Shown: positions 26,630-37,481, counted from the first letter of the stretch. The stretch is DNA of 64,000 bases from an uncultured Armatimonadia bacterium (GCA_963749155.1 CAVVLO010000002.1:800001-864000); one strand, 5' to 3'. Translations and numbers: made by a program. Notes: generated from the letters alone by a model not told the origin.

Positions 26630-29159
26630 ATGCCAGAATCACTCAATCTCGCGCCCGCACAATGGATTTGGTGGCCCTCTCAGAGGACGCTGCCCAACAC
26701 TTTCGTGCTCTTCCGCAAGCAGCTCGAGGTGCGCGAGGGCCTGCGCCGCGCCACCGGCTGGCTCGCTGCCGACAGTCGGTATCGTCTGTTCGTAAACGGT
26801 CAGCGCATCCAGTGGGGGCCTGCCATCTCGGACCCGCGCTTCGCCGAAGCCGACCCACTCGACCTGACAGAGATGCTTTGCTCGGGCGCCAACACGCTCG
26901 GAGTCGAAGTGCTCTACTACGGCCACGGAGATGGCACCTGGCCTGGTGGCAAGCCAGGCTTGCTGGTTCGGCTCGAACTGGAATACTCCGACGGCACCAC
27001 CGAACTGGTGGCGACCGACGAGAGCTGGCTCGCACGCGTGGACAGGGCCCATCCACCCGCACAGCCCAAGCGCTGGTATCTGCGCGCCCTGCAGGAGGAG
27101 TTCGATGCCCGGCTGCATCCTGCTGGCTGGACTCTGCCCAACTACCAGCCTGATGCTGAGTGGCTCCCCGCGATGCCGCTGACCCTCGCGCCCGACAAGC
27201 CGCCCCTCGCGAGTGGTTATTGGGACTATCTGCGCGACTGGTCCATACCCCCCGAAGCCTGCCAGTTGCTTGCAAGGCAGGTGCCGCTGCTGCAAGAGGA
27301 CGCTTTTATCCTCGCCACGCTTCGCCAGCAGGGCAGATTAAGGTGGCTCCGCTCGCCCGACGACTGGTTCGACTTCCGCACGCCAGACAGCTTCACCCTA
27401 AGCTGTGAACAAGTCGTTACAGAAATCGAACCAGGCTGCTATGAGTTGCCTGCCCAGCCTGCGGACGAGGGGGTTGTGCTGGTCTTCGAGTTGTCCGTCC
27501 AAAGTGTCGGCTGGCCAGTCTTCGAGCTGGAAGCGCCCGCCGGCGCCATCTGCGAGCTGATGACTCAGGAGTCGCATGATCCTGAAGGCTCCCCCTGGCT
27601 GGACACGCACTTCTTCGCCTGGTCGCGGTTCCTCTGTGCAGAAGGCGTGAACCGCTTCGAAGCCTTCGAGTTCGAGTCGTTTAAGTGGCTTGCGCTGCAT
27701 ATCCATGGAGCGACCGGACCGGTGAAGCTCCGCGAGGTCGGGCTTCGACTGAGGCGTTTCCCGTGGCCGAATGAACCGAAGGTCGAAGTGAGCGAGCCGC
27801 CCCTGCAAAGCCTGTTTGAGGCAAACGTAAACACTTTGCACAATTGTTGTTTCGATCTGATAACCGACGGCGTTGGACGCGAGCGCCAACCCTACAGCGG
27901 AGACGCCGCTCACAGTCTGGAAGCCTTGCGCTACACTTTTGGCGAGACCTCCCTGCCCGCGCGGTTCCTCTTCCACTACAGCAAGGGACTGACCCCGCAT
28001 GGCTATCTGCTGGATTGCTGGCCTGCGTATGATCGGCTGGAGCGCATCTCGGCCAAGCAGATCGGCGCCGCCTTCTGGGGGCCTATCCTCGACCACACGG
28101 TGCAGTTTGGCTTCGACTGCTGGCAACATTGGCAGTATTCGGGCGACCTGGAAGCTGTCGCGCATGGCTATCCTGCTCTGGTGGCGTTCCTTGGCTATCT
28201 GGAAACCTCAGTGGGGTCGGACGGCCTGCTGCCTGTGGAAAACCTGGGCGAGCCCTATGTCTACCTCGACCATCAGGCTTACCGGTTGCAGCGCCATAAG
28301 CAGTGTCCGTACAACCTCTACGCCGCAGCGATGCTCAAGCGGGCGTTGGCGCCTCTTGCGACCGCTCTCGGTGAGGTGGAAGTGGCAGACCGCGCAACCC
28401 GCCTCGGGCAAAGCTTGGAAGCTACAACCGTGGCGCGTTTCTGGGATCCAGAAACTGCCCTCTTCGTGCTCAATCTGCCGTGGCTGGCAGAGGAGGAAGG
28501 GCCTCGTCTCTGTGACAGGTCACTGGCCAACGCGCTGCTCTTCGACCAGTGCCCCGACGGCGAGGTGGAGCTTGCCTTAACGCGCTGGCGACCCGCCCGC
28601 CGGAGCTTGGCCGGTGTTATCCACCCAATGAGGTCTGGCCGCTGCTCGCGCAAGCCAGGCACCGGCAGCTGTCCCCCGTGCTGGAGGCCCTGCGCGGTCG
28701 GTGGGCAGAGATGGATTCGGTCGCGATGAACGGCACACTGCAGGAGTATCTGGCAGGTCCGTCCTGACTCACCCGATGAGTGGAGCCACTGCCCAATGGC
28801 GCCCTTGCTGTCACTTTTTTCTGGCATACTGGGCCTCGCGCCGACTGTCGCCTGGCTTCGAACAACTGCGCCTTAGGCCCCAGTTCGGCACTCTGGCGAG
28901 CCTCGATGTAACGGCCTACACCGCCAAGGGACCAGTGCGCATGCAGGTAGAACCATCCACCGGTGGTCATCTTGTGAAACTAAGCCTGCCAGCAGACTGT
29001 GAAGCCATATTGGAGTTGCCGGCCGACTTCTCGCCTCTCGACCTGCCGCTTGCTGGTGGCCAGAGCGATGCGCCTTATCCTGTCAGGCGCTATCTGCTGC
29101 CCCAGGAATTTGAATACTTCCAGCCTGCCGATCCCCCTCAAGGAGGACTGCATCAGTGA
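26630..29159 (+). CDS. Alpha-L-rhamnosidase-like glycoside hydrolase (GH78 family), frameshifted near 28575 and 28760-28820
   Basis: AQWIW...FRK...ADSRYRLFVNG N-terminal domain, TDGVGRERQPYSGD, GTLQEY..., PGFEQLRLRPQFG...TAKGPV C-terminal domain; GGAGG RBS before ATG 26630. Confidence 0.8.
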
Positions 29160-30201
29160 GTGCTCTCGAACTGAACCCAGCGACCCTCGAGCGCCTCAAG
29201 GCGCCTGAGGTAATCTCAGCTTTTGAATTCCATTCCCAAAGACTGGCAGCCCTTTTCGCGCGGCGAGCGGCTGGAGCATGTCTTCGCCCTGGCAGGGGTG
29301 AACGCTTACAGCTACGATGCGTTCACCCCTTGGCAAGCAGTGGCTTCCGCTCGCGCTGGACTGGCTTGCCACCCACGCTGCGCTGGCCGAAGACCGCATC
29401 ACCTTCCACCCGCTGATTATTAACTGGGACCCGCGGGGGGTCCACTTCATCGACTCTCTCTTCGGCGCTGACGTGTTCCAGCTTGAAGACACGACCTGGC
29501 AAGCGCACTATCTCGAGCAGCCGATCGGCCAGTTGGAGCCGCCCGATCTGGAAGCCAACGAGACCTGGCGCCAGTGCCGAGAGTTTGCCCTCGCCTTCGC
29601 AGAACTCGATCTGCCTGCTGTCACTTTCGCTTTGCCGACACTTTCAAGTGCCCTTAATATCGGCGTGAACTTGTACGGCCAGCGACTGCTGGAAACCTTG
29701 CTGATGGAGCCTGAGGCTGCCCATCACGACCTTCAAGTCATCAATGCGACTATCCGCAAGCTGCATGCCTGGTACCGCGCCAACCTGCCCGCTGAGCGGA
29801 TGCAGTGCATCGTGCCTTGTGGACGGTTTCAGCCGCCAGGCTACGGCCAGCTTTGCGGTTGCACCTGCCAGCTGGTCTCTGCAGGGCAGTATGCCGAGTT
29901 CCTCGCGCCGCTAGATGGCGCGTTGCTTGGCGACTATCCCGGCGGCGGGATGATCCACCTGTGCGGCGTCCACACCCAGCATGTAGCTCTTTGGCGCGAG
30001 ATGACTTCGCTAAGGGCAGTCCAGACAAACGACCGTGCCAGTGAAGACCTGGAAGCCTATCACCAGGGCCTGCGCGAAGACCAGATTATCTATCCTCATC
30101 CCTGTGAGGAGATGCCTGTTGAGCGCATCCTGGAGCTGACCGGCGGTCGTCGGATTGTCCTGTGCGCGCACCTTACAGAATTGATGCCAGTGCGTTATTA
30201 A
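29156..30201 (+). CDS. Uroporphyrinogen decarboxylase / MtaA-CmuA methyltransferase-like TIM-barrel protein (frameshifts near 29225 and 29320)
   Basis: SSALNIGVNLYGQRLLETLLMEPE, CQLVSAGQYAEFLAP, MIHLCG motifs; GTGA overlap with the upstream GH78 stop. Confidence 0.65.
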
Positions 30202-30472
30202 ACAAGCTCTCTACCAGACTTCTGGCCTTTTCGAGATCTGCTTCCTCAGTCACAAGGGTGAGCTCGAGTGAATCCTCAACCCCTTTAAGCAAGGAGCCAT
30301 CAGCCAGGTTGAGCCTGAAGAACGGCTTGGGAAAATCTTTAAACCGACTGAGCTTTCCGTATTTGCCAAGTACAACCAACTGTTCGGAGGTCAGTGGAGC
30401 CGACAAGGTAACCTGCCAGGTCCGGGAATCATCAAAGCAGTCTTCAAGCGCGCTGACTTCAAGCACCGCCAC
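30173..30472 (-). CDS. Small hypothetical protein, last gene of the V4R operon
   Basis: 99 aa directly after the cysteine desulfurase; EDCFDDS...F.DFPKPFFR motif. Confidence 0.7.
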   Translation of the reverse strand: MAVLEVSALEDCFDDSRTWQVTLSAPLTSEQLVVLGKYGKLSRFKDFPKPFFRLNLADGSLLKGVEDSLELTLVTEEADLEKARSLVESLFNNALASIL

Positions 30473-30475
30473 AAC

Positions 30476-31624
30476 CTATGTCACCTTTCCCCGGACGAGG
30501 GCCCGTATAGCCCGCACTAGTGCCTGTACGTCCTGCTCGGTGTTTTGCCATCCAAAGCTGGCCCGTAACGTCCCCCTGGGCGCGCCGATGTACTTGTGGA
30601 TAAGCGGCGCGCAATGAAGCCCCCCGCGGACGTGGATCCCAAAAATTTCGCGCAGCATATCTGCCAGCTCTGTGGAGTCCCATCCCTGAGCAGTGAAAGC
30701 CACAACTCCTGCCTGTAAACCTGACTTTGGATACCCATAAAGGGTAACTTTCTTGATGCGCTCAAGCTTCTCTCTGAGCATTGCTGTGAGCCTGGCTCTC
30801 TGCTGGCCAAGGTCAGCCACGCCCTGCTCGAGGACGAACTCTACCCCCGCCCGCAGTCCAGCAAAGCCTGGCGCATTCGGGGTGCCTGCCTCGTATCTGT
30901 GTGGCATAAGCAGGGGCTGGATTTGGGAGGTGCTAACTACCCCAGTACCGCCATAAAGCAGTGGCGCCAGCTCTTCAAAGGTGACTCCAGTGCCCAGGTA
31001 TAAAGCCCCTGTGCCCTCTGGGCCATACAAGCCTTTGTGTCCTGCAAACCCAATCAGTGTTCTTTCAGGCAGTTTTTCGGTATGCAGTAGCAGTGTTCCA
31101 GCCGCCTGCGCCGCATCGATGACAAGAAAGAGCTCTCGCTGCAGGCAGAGCTCTGTCAGTTCTTCCAGCGGAGGGGCAATGCCAAGCACATTGGAAGCCG
31201 CCGTCGTTACCAGTGCGCGCGTCTTCGGTCTTACAGCCTTTTTCCAGGCAGCCGGATCGAGCGCACTTTCTAGCCCAAGCACTGTCAGTCCCATGCCACG
31301 GCGCTTCAGTTCCCAAAGGGGGCGCAGCACCGAGTTGTGCTCCAGGCATGAGGTGACGCAATGCCACCTGCCAGGCTCCTCTCCAAGCAATCCCATCAGC
31401 GCCAGGTTAAGGCTGAAAGTCGCACCCGGAGTCAGCAATACGCGCCGATAGTCTGCCTCTCCGAGCAGTCTCGCCACTGCCTTACGGCACCCAAGCAGTT
31501 CGTCTTCGCCCTCGCCAAGCCCTCGGCCGGCATCTCTTGGAGGCCGCGCTAGCTGCTGCGCGACCGCCTCCAGGACGGCGGGGGGCTTGGGGAAGGTGGT
31601 CGCCGCGTTATTGAGGTAGACCAC
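30476..31624 (-). CDS. Cysteine desulfurase-family PLP enzyme (aminotransferase class V, group II/SufS-like)
   Basis: YLNNAATT, EHNSV, DAAQ, GHKGLYGP (PLP Lys), EAGT, RGGLHCAP (catalytic Cys), RASFG. Confidence 0.92.
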   Translation of the reverse strand: MVYLNNAATTFPKPPAVLEAVAQQLARPPRDAGRGLGEGEDELLGCRKAVARLLGEADYRRVLLTPGATFSLNLALMGLLGEEPGRWHCVTSCLEHNSVLRPLWELKRRGMGLTVLGLESALDPAAWKKAVRPKTRALVTTAASNVLGIAPPLEELTELCLQRELFLVIDAAQAAGTLLLHTEKLPERTLIGFAGHKGLYGPEGTGALYLGTGVTFEELAPLLYGGTGVVSTSQIQPLLMPHRYEAGTPNAPGFAGLRAGVEFVLEQGVADLGQQRARLTAMLREKLERIKKVTLYGYPKSGLQAGVVAFTAQGWDSTELADMLREIFGIHVRGGLHCAPLIHKYIGAPRGTLRASFGWQNTEQDVQALVRAIRALVRGKVT

Positions 31625-31647
31625 CTTCTCCCGCCTCCCTGGCTTCC

Positions 31648-32241
31648 TCAGGCTTTGGTAACTACGAACTCGCCGTAGTCATCTCCGCGCTCGATACCCT
31701 TGACCTGCTGGCAAGTAAAAGTACCCTCTCCAGCTGGATAAACGGCGCCGTAGGCGAGATCCATAAAAGCCGAGCTGATGCCGCATAGCATCGGCGCAAG
31801 CAGGCCATCACTCTTGCCGTACTGGACGAAGTCAGACTCATAATAATCGTAGGCCCTGATTACCATCTTCTCGCCAGGATCCAGTTCGACGATCTCGGCT
31901 TTGGCCCAGCCAAAACCTGCCAGCACAGCGAAGGCTGCGTGCAGCACTTCCTCTGGACTGCCATCAAGCGTTGGCGCGACAATGGCGTCCCATTCGGGCG
32001 AGGTTATGATGCCAAAGCCCGTATGGTAACCACACTCGTTGCCTGCCTTGTATAGCAGGTAGTACACGCTGTCTCGCAGGTCGGCAGGCACCGCGCCGGC
32101 GATACGCTCGCCAAACTGCATCCAGAAATCCGCCGGCAACTGGTTCAAGTAGACACCGAAGGAATGGATGGTGCCCGATTCACTGCTTTCGGGCCTGAGC
32201 TTCGACACATGGTCGATGATTAGCTGTCGATCTACTGCCAT
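31648..32241 (-). CDS. V4R (4-vinyl reductase)-fold protein
   Basis: AG.ECG...G, FGWAKAEI, YYES, PMLCGISSAFM, ...GDDYGEFVV follow the V4R pattern. Start MAVDRQ. Confidence 0.7.
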   Translation of the reverse strand: MAVDRQLIIDHVSKLRPESSESGTIHSFGVYLNQLPADFWMQFGERIAGAVPADLRDSVYYLLYKAGNECGYHTGFGIITSPEWDAIVAPTLDGSPEEVLHAAFAVLAGFGWAKAEIVELDPGEKMVIRAYDYYESDFVQYGKSDGLLAPMLCGISSAFMDLAYGAVYPAGEGTFTCQQVKGIERGDDYGEFVVTKA

Positions 32242-32251
32242 CGCTTCCACC

Positions 32252-32788
32252 TCACTTCCTAAGCACCGAGAAGACAGACTTCTCGGCGCCACTGACCAGG
32301 CTTTCCAGCTCGCTTGTCTCAAAACTGCCGGCTGGCAAATCAAACAGCGCGGCAAAAGCAGCTTCCAGATATCCCTGGGTGATGTAGTTGACGGGCTTGT
32401 CGCGCTTGCCGAACTTCTTCAGCCAGCCCTCGTCCACGTGAGAATGGGCCATCTCGGCTTTGCCGCTCACCGGCCCAGCCTGGATCAGCTTGAGGTCGCC
32501 CATCCCGCCGAAAGCCCAATAACTCTCCACCACGTGGATGCGATCGGCCAGCGCAGTCAGGCCCTGGCGCTCGAAGGCGCGGGTCAGCTCCTCATAGAAG
32601 ACATCTCGCGCGGTCGCTTTGATGAGGCCCACCCCATCGAAAAGCGTCGCGTCTTCGGCGAGTTGCAGGTAGAGCGAAGTGTAATGGTGGCAATGCAGCA
32701 CGTAAGGCACTCCGTTGATATAGTGCCGTTTGCGCAGATTGTCATAATGGTGCTGATACTCGAAATCTATTTGCTTCTGAACAGCCAT
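32252..32788 (-). CDS. V4R-fold protein with LHCHHY motif
   Basis: VLHCHHY, GMGDLKL, HSHVDEGW, PVNYITQGYLEAAF, ELESLVSGAEKSVF. Confidence 0.7.
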   Translation of the reverse strand: MAVQKQIDFEYQHHYDNLRKRHYINGVPYVLHCHHYTSLYLQLAEDATLFDGVGLIKATARDVFYEELTRAFERQGLTALADRIHVVESYWAFGGMGDLKLIQAGPVSGKAEMAHSHVDEGWLKKFGKRDKPVNYITQGYLEAAFAALFDLPAGSFETSELESLVSGAEKSVFSVLRK

Positions 32789-32803
32789 CTTCTCACCTCC
32801 AGT

Positions 32804-32998
32804 TTAGAACCTTGGCACGCTGGGATCTTTCAGCAGCTCGCTCAAGGTGGAATGGAGCTTCTCCAGCTCCTCGGGAGTATCGGGCTTGCCCTCGGCGGTC
32901 TTCTCGGAGACGCCCGTCTTGAGCATCAGCCGAGTAAGGGCGAAATCGCCGCCTTTTTCTTTCGCGTATTGCAGATAACGCAACATCCTGGCTCCCAT
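32804..32998 (-). CDS. Small helical hypothetical protein (64 aa), first gene of the V4R operon
   Basis: MGARMLRYLQYAKEKGG...RLMLKTG...PDTPE; strong AGGAGG RBS; 15 nt upstream of the next gene. Confidence 0.75.
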   Translation of the reverse strand: MGARMLRYLQYAKEKGGDFALTRLMLKTGVSEKTAEGKPDTPEELEKLHSTLSELLKDPSVPRF

Positions 32999-33133
32999 CC
33001 TGCACCTCCTCCTGTGACATATCGGACAGCAGTTGGCGGGGAGGGCGCCCTTCCCATCAGCCTGCCTAGTTACGTTATCGGCAGGCGCGCGCCGGACCTT
33101 AGGGCTCCGGAGATATTTTTTTAGAGAATCTTT

Positions 33134-33583
33134 CCGCCAAAGCAAAGCCCCGACCTCAGGGGGACGGCCGGGGCGGAGAAATTATGGTGTCTCTTGTTTA
33201 GCTTCGCGACTTTCGCCGGCGGTACAGGAAGCCAGTATGGCTCGATCCCCAAGCGCCCCGCCAGGCAAATAAAGATTAAGTTGCTCTGCGCCCAGGCACC
33301 TCGGCAAGGGCTGCCCAGGCGCTGGGCCGGCAGATCCAGCCAGGTTGCTACTACTGATTATCGTGCCCGACTGCGCATCAACCCGACTGCTGCAGGCCAA
33401 TACATTGTTACCACCCGGCGTCTCGTCGACAGGAAAGATCGACGCCAGCGCCAACACTCCATCCTCGGTGACTTGTAGCTCTGAGGCCGTGCCGTTGCTG
33501 GTAAGCCTTCCAGGGCGCGGAAATCCTAGATGGCTGCTCGTATGCTTGCTCTTCGGTGACTGCGGGTGGCTGTGATGCGCTTT
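33134..33583. repeat. Copy 2 of the ~450-bp imperfect direct repeat
   Basis: Aligns with 24067..24513. Confidence 0.9.
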
Positions 33584-34143
33584 GCGGGCATCAGCCGCCT
33601 AAAATCGGAGGCCTGCCACTTACCTGTTTCGGGTGACACCCGGAAATCGTCATACCGCGCAGCCGTTGTAGCCCCGTTGTATGAGCCGCAGCTACGAAAA
33701 CGTATCGTTGCCCCAGAAGGTCAGCACCTTAGGAGACTCCCAGTGCTCCAGATCTAGCCAGGCTGTGTCCAGTAAGGATGAGTTCCTGCCAAAGCGGTCG
33801 GCGCTTGGGCCTGTGTGATGGCGAGAAAGGGCGCTTGGATCGATGTGTAATCGATGCGGTTCCGCAACTACCGGGCCTGGTTACACGTCGGGGGGACGGG
33901 TACTCCACTCTGAGTAGGTGTTGTATAGCTGGCATCGCCACCCAGCTTGCCGTCGTGTAGTAGCGCCGTCAAGCCGTAATGCATTTGTGCACTCCTCGGG
34001 CTGCTAACACCACAACCAGCGTCTGATTCTCCTTCGAAATCGCGAATCGCCTGGATGACTTCGGAGTCAGTGATCGCATGGGCTGCGGCTTGAAGCAGAC
34101 CGAACATGACGAGTATTCCGAGTCGGATTGCATAAGTGTTCAT
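33198..34143 (-). pseudogene. Heavily frameshifted paralog 2 of the PepSY-like surface protein
   Basis: N-terminus MNTYAIRL...AAHAITDSEVIQAIRDFEG; fragment VDAQSGTIISSSNLAGSAGP; same 3' end as 24128..25060; no continuous frame. Confidence 0.75.
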
Positions 34144-34396
34144 GTGGAGCCTACCCATCCCACCCAGTCGTTGCATACAGCTAACCTCTAGTTGTGCGAC
34201 TGCGAGTCAGCGAGGCCTATCAGTTTTCATTATACCCCCCATGGACGATTAGCAAGGAGGAGTTGTATTAAATAACACTCGGAAACATCCCAGCCCAAAG
34301 GCCTGAAATCCGTGTGCCCAAGGGGCGTCGGACAATCTAGCGGACTTCACCAGGCGGTGTCGAAAGCCGTTGTAACACGTTTGAGGAGGTAGTCAG

Positions 34397-34831
34397 ATGG
34401 ACCGCGAGGCCACAATCGCTGTTGCAAGAGAGGTCGTGAAGCCAGGCGCGCCCTTCGTGTTTGCCACGGTGGACGCGGACGGAGGCCCCCGGATGCGCTG
34501 GATGGGTGGGCTGATGCTGGAGGAGCCTTTCCTAATCTATATGGCGGCGGGCGCCGGCAGTCGCAAGCTCGATCAGCTCGAAGGTAATCCGAAGGCGCAG
34601 TTGATGTTCCAGAGCCCGGACTTCGGTACGGTGGCGACGCTATACGGTGAGTGCGTATTGCTGGACGAAGCGGAGCTGAAGCAGCGGATGTGGAAGGCGA
34701 TGCCGGCGCTAGCGCGGTTCGTCTCGGGCCCTGACGACCCGAGCCTGGCCGTGCTGCGTTTCACCACCAGGCGACTCGAAGTGATGAAACTGCACGAGAC
34801 GGGCGAGAAGCCCTCCGTCGTCGAGTTCTGA
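34397..34831 (+). CDS. Pyridoxamine 5'-phosphate oxidase-like FMN-binding protein (general stress protein 26-like)
   Basis: FATVDADGGPRMRWM, SRKLDQLEGNPK, GPDDP; GAGGAGG RBS. Confidence 0.85.
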   Translation: MDREATIAVAREVVKPGAPFVFATVDADGGPRMRWMGGLMLEEPFLIYMAAGAGSRKLDQLEGNPKAQLMFQSPDFGTVATLYGECVLLDEAELKQRMWKAMPALARFVSGPDDPSLAVLRFTTRRLEVMKLHETGEKPSVVEF

Positions 34832-34840
34832 GGCTTCAGC

Positions 34841-37481
34841 CTACCGATATTCGGCGAACTCGCTATAGGGGGCGATCTCTACGCTCTCGAGCGCGTTGCC
34901 TTGTTCTGTTGGGCGCAGAGCCAGGGTCAGCAGGTTGCTGCTCTCGGGCCCAAAATTAAGCCAGCATTCGGGCAGGAAGAACTCTCGCTGAGGCCCTGCC
35001 TGCCAATATCGCCCAAGGCAGTGGCCGTTGAGATAGACGAAGCCGTTGCCGGTCGCATCCAGCGTTGCTTTCCATGGCACCCAGACGCCCCGACGCTGGT
35101 TGGGCAGCTCGAAATCGAGCCTGTACCAGGTCAGCAACGCTCGGTCAGAACCCGACTCCTCACCCAGTTCGACGCGTTGCCAGAGGTCGCTGCGCTTCAG
35201 CTTCGGCGAGAACCATTTCTCCGTATCACCGAGGGGCCGGCCGAACTCCACCGGAAGCGCCGCCGCAGGGGACCGCTCTCGAGCGCGACTTCGCCAACCC
35301 CGCCCGGGCCGTCACCGTTACGTATGATAACCGCCAGGCTGTTGGTGACCAGGCTTCAGCAGGGCTCGTGATGTCGAAAGTATACTTGCTGCGACCAGTT
35401 GGCGGTGTGGGCGACTTGCGCGCCGTTGAGGAAGACCCACCCCTCGTCATCGAGGCGCCCGAAGACCAGCCGCGCCGAGTCGCCCTGAGCAAGCTGGGGC
35501 GCTTCGAAACTCGTCCGCAAGACTGCGAAGCTGTTGCTTGCCAGTTGGCTAGCTTCCAGAGGGGTCGCGTCCACTTCTTGCCAGGTAGAATCGTCGAAAT
35601 CCGGCGCGACTTCGGGGCCTGGCTCCGCCGTCTGCACCTGAGCGAGCCTCCAGGTGGAGAGCAGGTTATCTTGCTGCCTTCGGCTTTACGCGCAGCGAGT
35701 GGATTCCTGTCAGTTCTTCCATCCCAGCGCCGCCGTTAGGGTGGCCGGCGTTCTCATACAGCAGCAGGGCAGTATGGTGGCCGTCAGTAAGAGGAAGCTT
35801 TATCGAGCTACCTGGTGGGACCAGCCGTTTGCCTCCCAGCGCAACGGCGACGGCATCGCCGCTACGCAGCCCGATAGCCAGGTCTGACCCCTGGGCATCA
35901 GCTTCAACTCTGTAGAAGACGAAGTGGCTGTCCCAAATATCATTGTTTTCGAGGTAGCCCTCACCGGCGAGAGGTTTCCACTTGGCCGGGCCGGGGTCGT
36001 CGCGCTTCAGCGCCTCGGTCAAACGGAGAGGCGCAGGCAAACCGGTCGGGCGCAATATGGCTGGCGCCGGCTCGGGCAGCCATTTGCCCTGCAGGGCGTC
36101 GGTTGCGCCGGCGGGCAGATAGAGGATAAGACTGCCGAAAGCCTCCAGCGAGTAGTCGAAGGTCAGCTCGAAGCCGGTATCCTGCTCGCGGAAATGCGCC
36201 TGACCCCTGCGCGGCTCCTCGTGCTGGCGGGTACGGATGAAGATATACCTCGCGCCACTCTCGGTCCGCCGGACGCCCAGGTCTACGTCCTCCTGGCTTG
36301 CGGAGGAGTCAATCGTCACCCGCTGGCTGCGCGCGAGCGCCCCTCCGTGTTGCTCGAGCATCAAGCCGATGGCCCGGACGCGCTGATAGCGTTCTCCCAC
36401 CCCGCCGTGTTCGCGCAGGGGGGCGTTGTAGTCGTAAGTCGTGGTGATGCCGCGCGCCGCCCGGTCGTCGAAGTTCGTGCCGCCGAACAACATATAATAA
36501 TTGAGCAGCGTCTGCCCCTCTCGGATTACCAGCAGCGTCAGTTGCTGGATCTGCGCGGGCGTCAGGCCGTCCTGCGCCTCAGCCAGAGCGCCACCGACAT
36601 TGGAGAACCACCCGCCCTGCAGCTCTGTCGTCATCAACGGGGCGTCGGGCTGGTCGGCGCGCAGCTCGGAGATAGCCCCGATGGTCCAGTCCACGTTCCA
36701 GCCGGTGTAGAAGTTGGTCGAATCGAATACCTGGCCGAGTAAGGGATCACTTTCCACATCGCGCACGCATTTGGTCCAGCAGGTGAACAGCGGCACGTCG
36801 ATGCCGAAGTCGCGCGCGGCCTGTGCCAGCGCCCGCAGATGGCCGAGTTTCATCTCGACCTCGGTGCGACCGAAGTCATATTCATTTTCGAGCTGGAAGA
36901 GGATGACCCCCGGCTGGCCGGGCGCCTTGCGAGTTAGTCTGATGGGGCGCGATGACCTGGCAGACAGCCTCGTACCAGTGCCGCGACCAGGCGTTGAACT
37001 GGGCATCATCGCTCCGGTACCACGGCTCGTGGCTTGGGGTGTCGGGCTTCAGCGCGGCCAGCCACTGGGGGAAGCCGCCCGCGTCCCACTCCGAGCAGAT
37101 ATACGGCCCGGGCCGGATGATGACGTAGAAGCCGAACTCCTCGGCCAGCGTCAGCCAGTCGTCCAGGTCGCGCAGGTTCACCTCTGAGAAGTCCTCCAGC
37201 CCCTTCGGCGGCTTCAACTCGTGCCAGTTCCACGCGACATAGGTCTCGACGGCGTTGAAACCGGCGTTTTTTATCGTCTGGAACCTGTCGCGCCACAGCT
37301 CCTTCGGGCAGCGGAAGTAGTGGAAGGCTCCGCTGTAGATGAAGACGGGCTTGCCCTCGATAAAGAGGCTCTGGGCGTCGTACCGGATTCGGTCCGGGTG
37401 CGCAAACTGGCGCGCGGCGAGGCCGCAGGTGGCCAGGGCGAGGGTAAGACAGACCAGCACCAGGGGCAGCAGAGCTCTCAT
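34841..37481 (-). CDS. Secreted beta-galactosidase (GH35) with C-terminal jelly-roll domains, several frameshifts
   Basis: Signal peptide; GAFHYFR, ETYVAWNWHE, RPGPYICSEW, QLENEY, ELQGGWF, YYMLFGGTNF, TTYDYNAP, NGHCLGRYW, across ORFs 36882..37481, 35666..37009, 35356..35637 and 34841..35251. Confidence 0.92.

Noticed and set aside
33010..33125. Riboswitch (Moco or c-di-GMP) upstream of the V4R operon
   Set aside because: Several short hairpins and a CCTAAG/CCTCCC resemblance exist, but I could not fit a full consensus by eye; an Rfam scan is needed.
24079..33174. CRISPR array or integron attC array from the repeated hairpins
   Set aside because: Only three widely and irregularly spaced copies, no spacer periodicity, no clear RYYYAAC/GTTRRRY ends, and no cas or intI genes.
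24067..33583. Diversity-generating retroelement TR/VR pair
   Set aside because: Differences between the copies involve all bases and many indels rather than being adenine-specific, and no reverse transcriptase is present.
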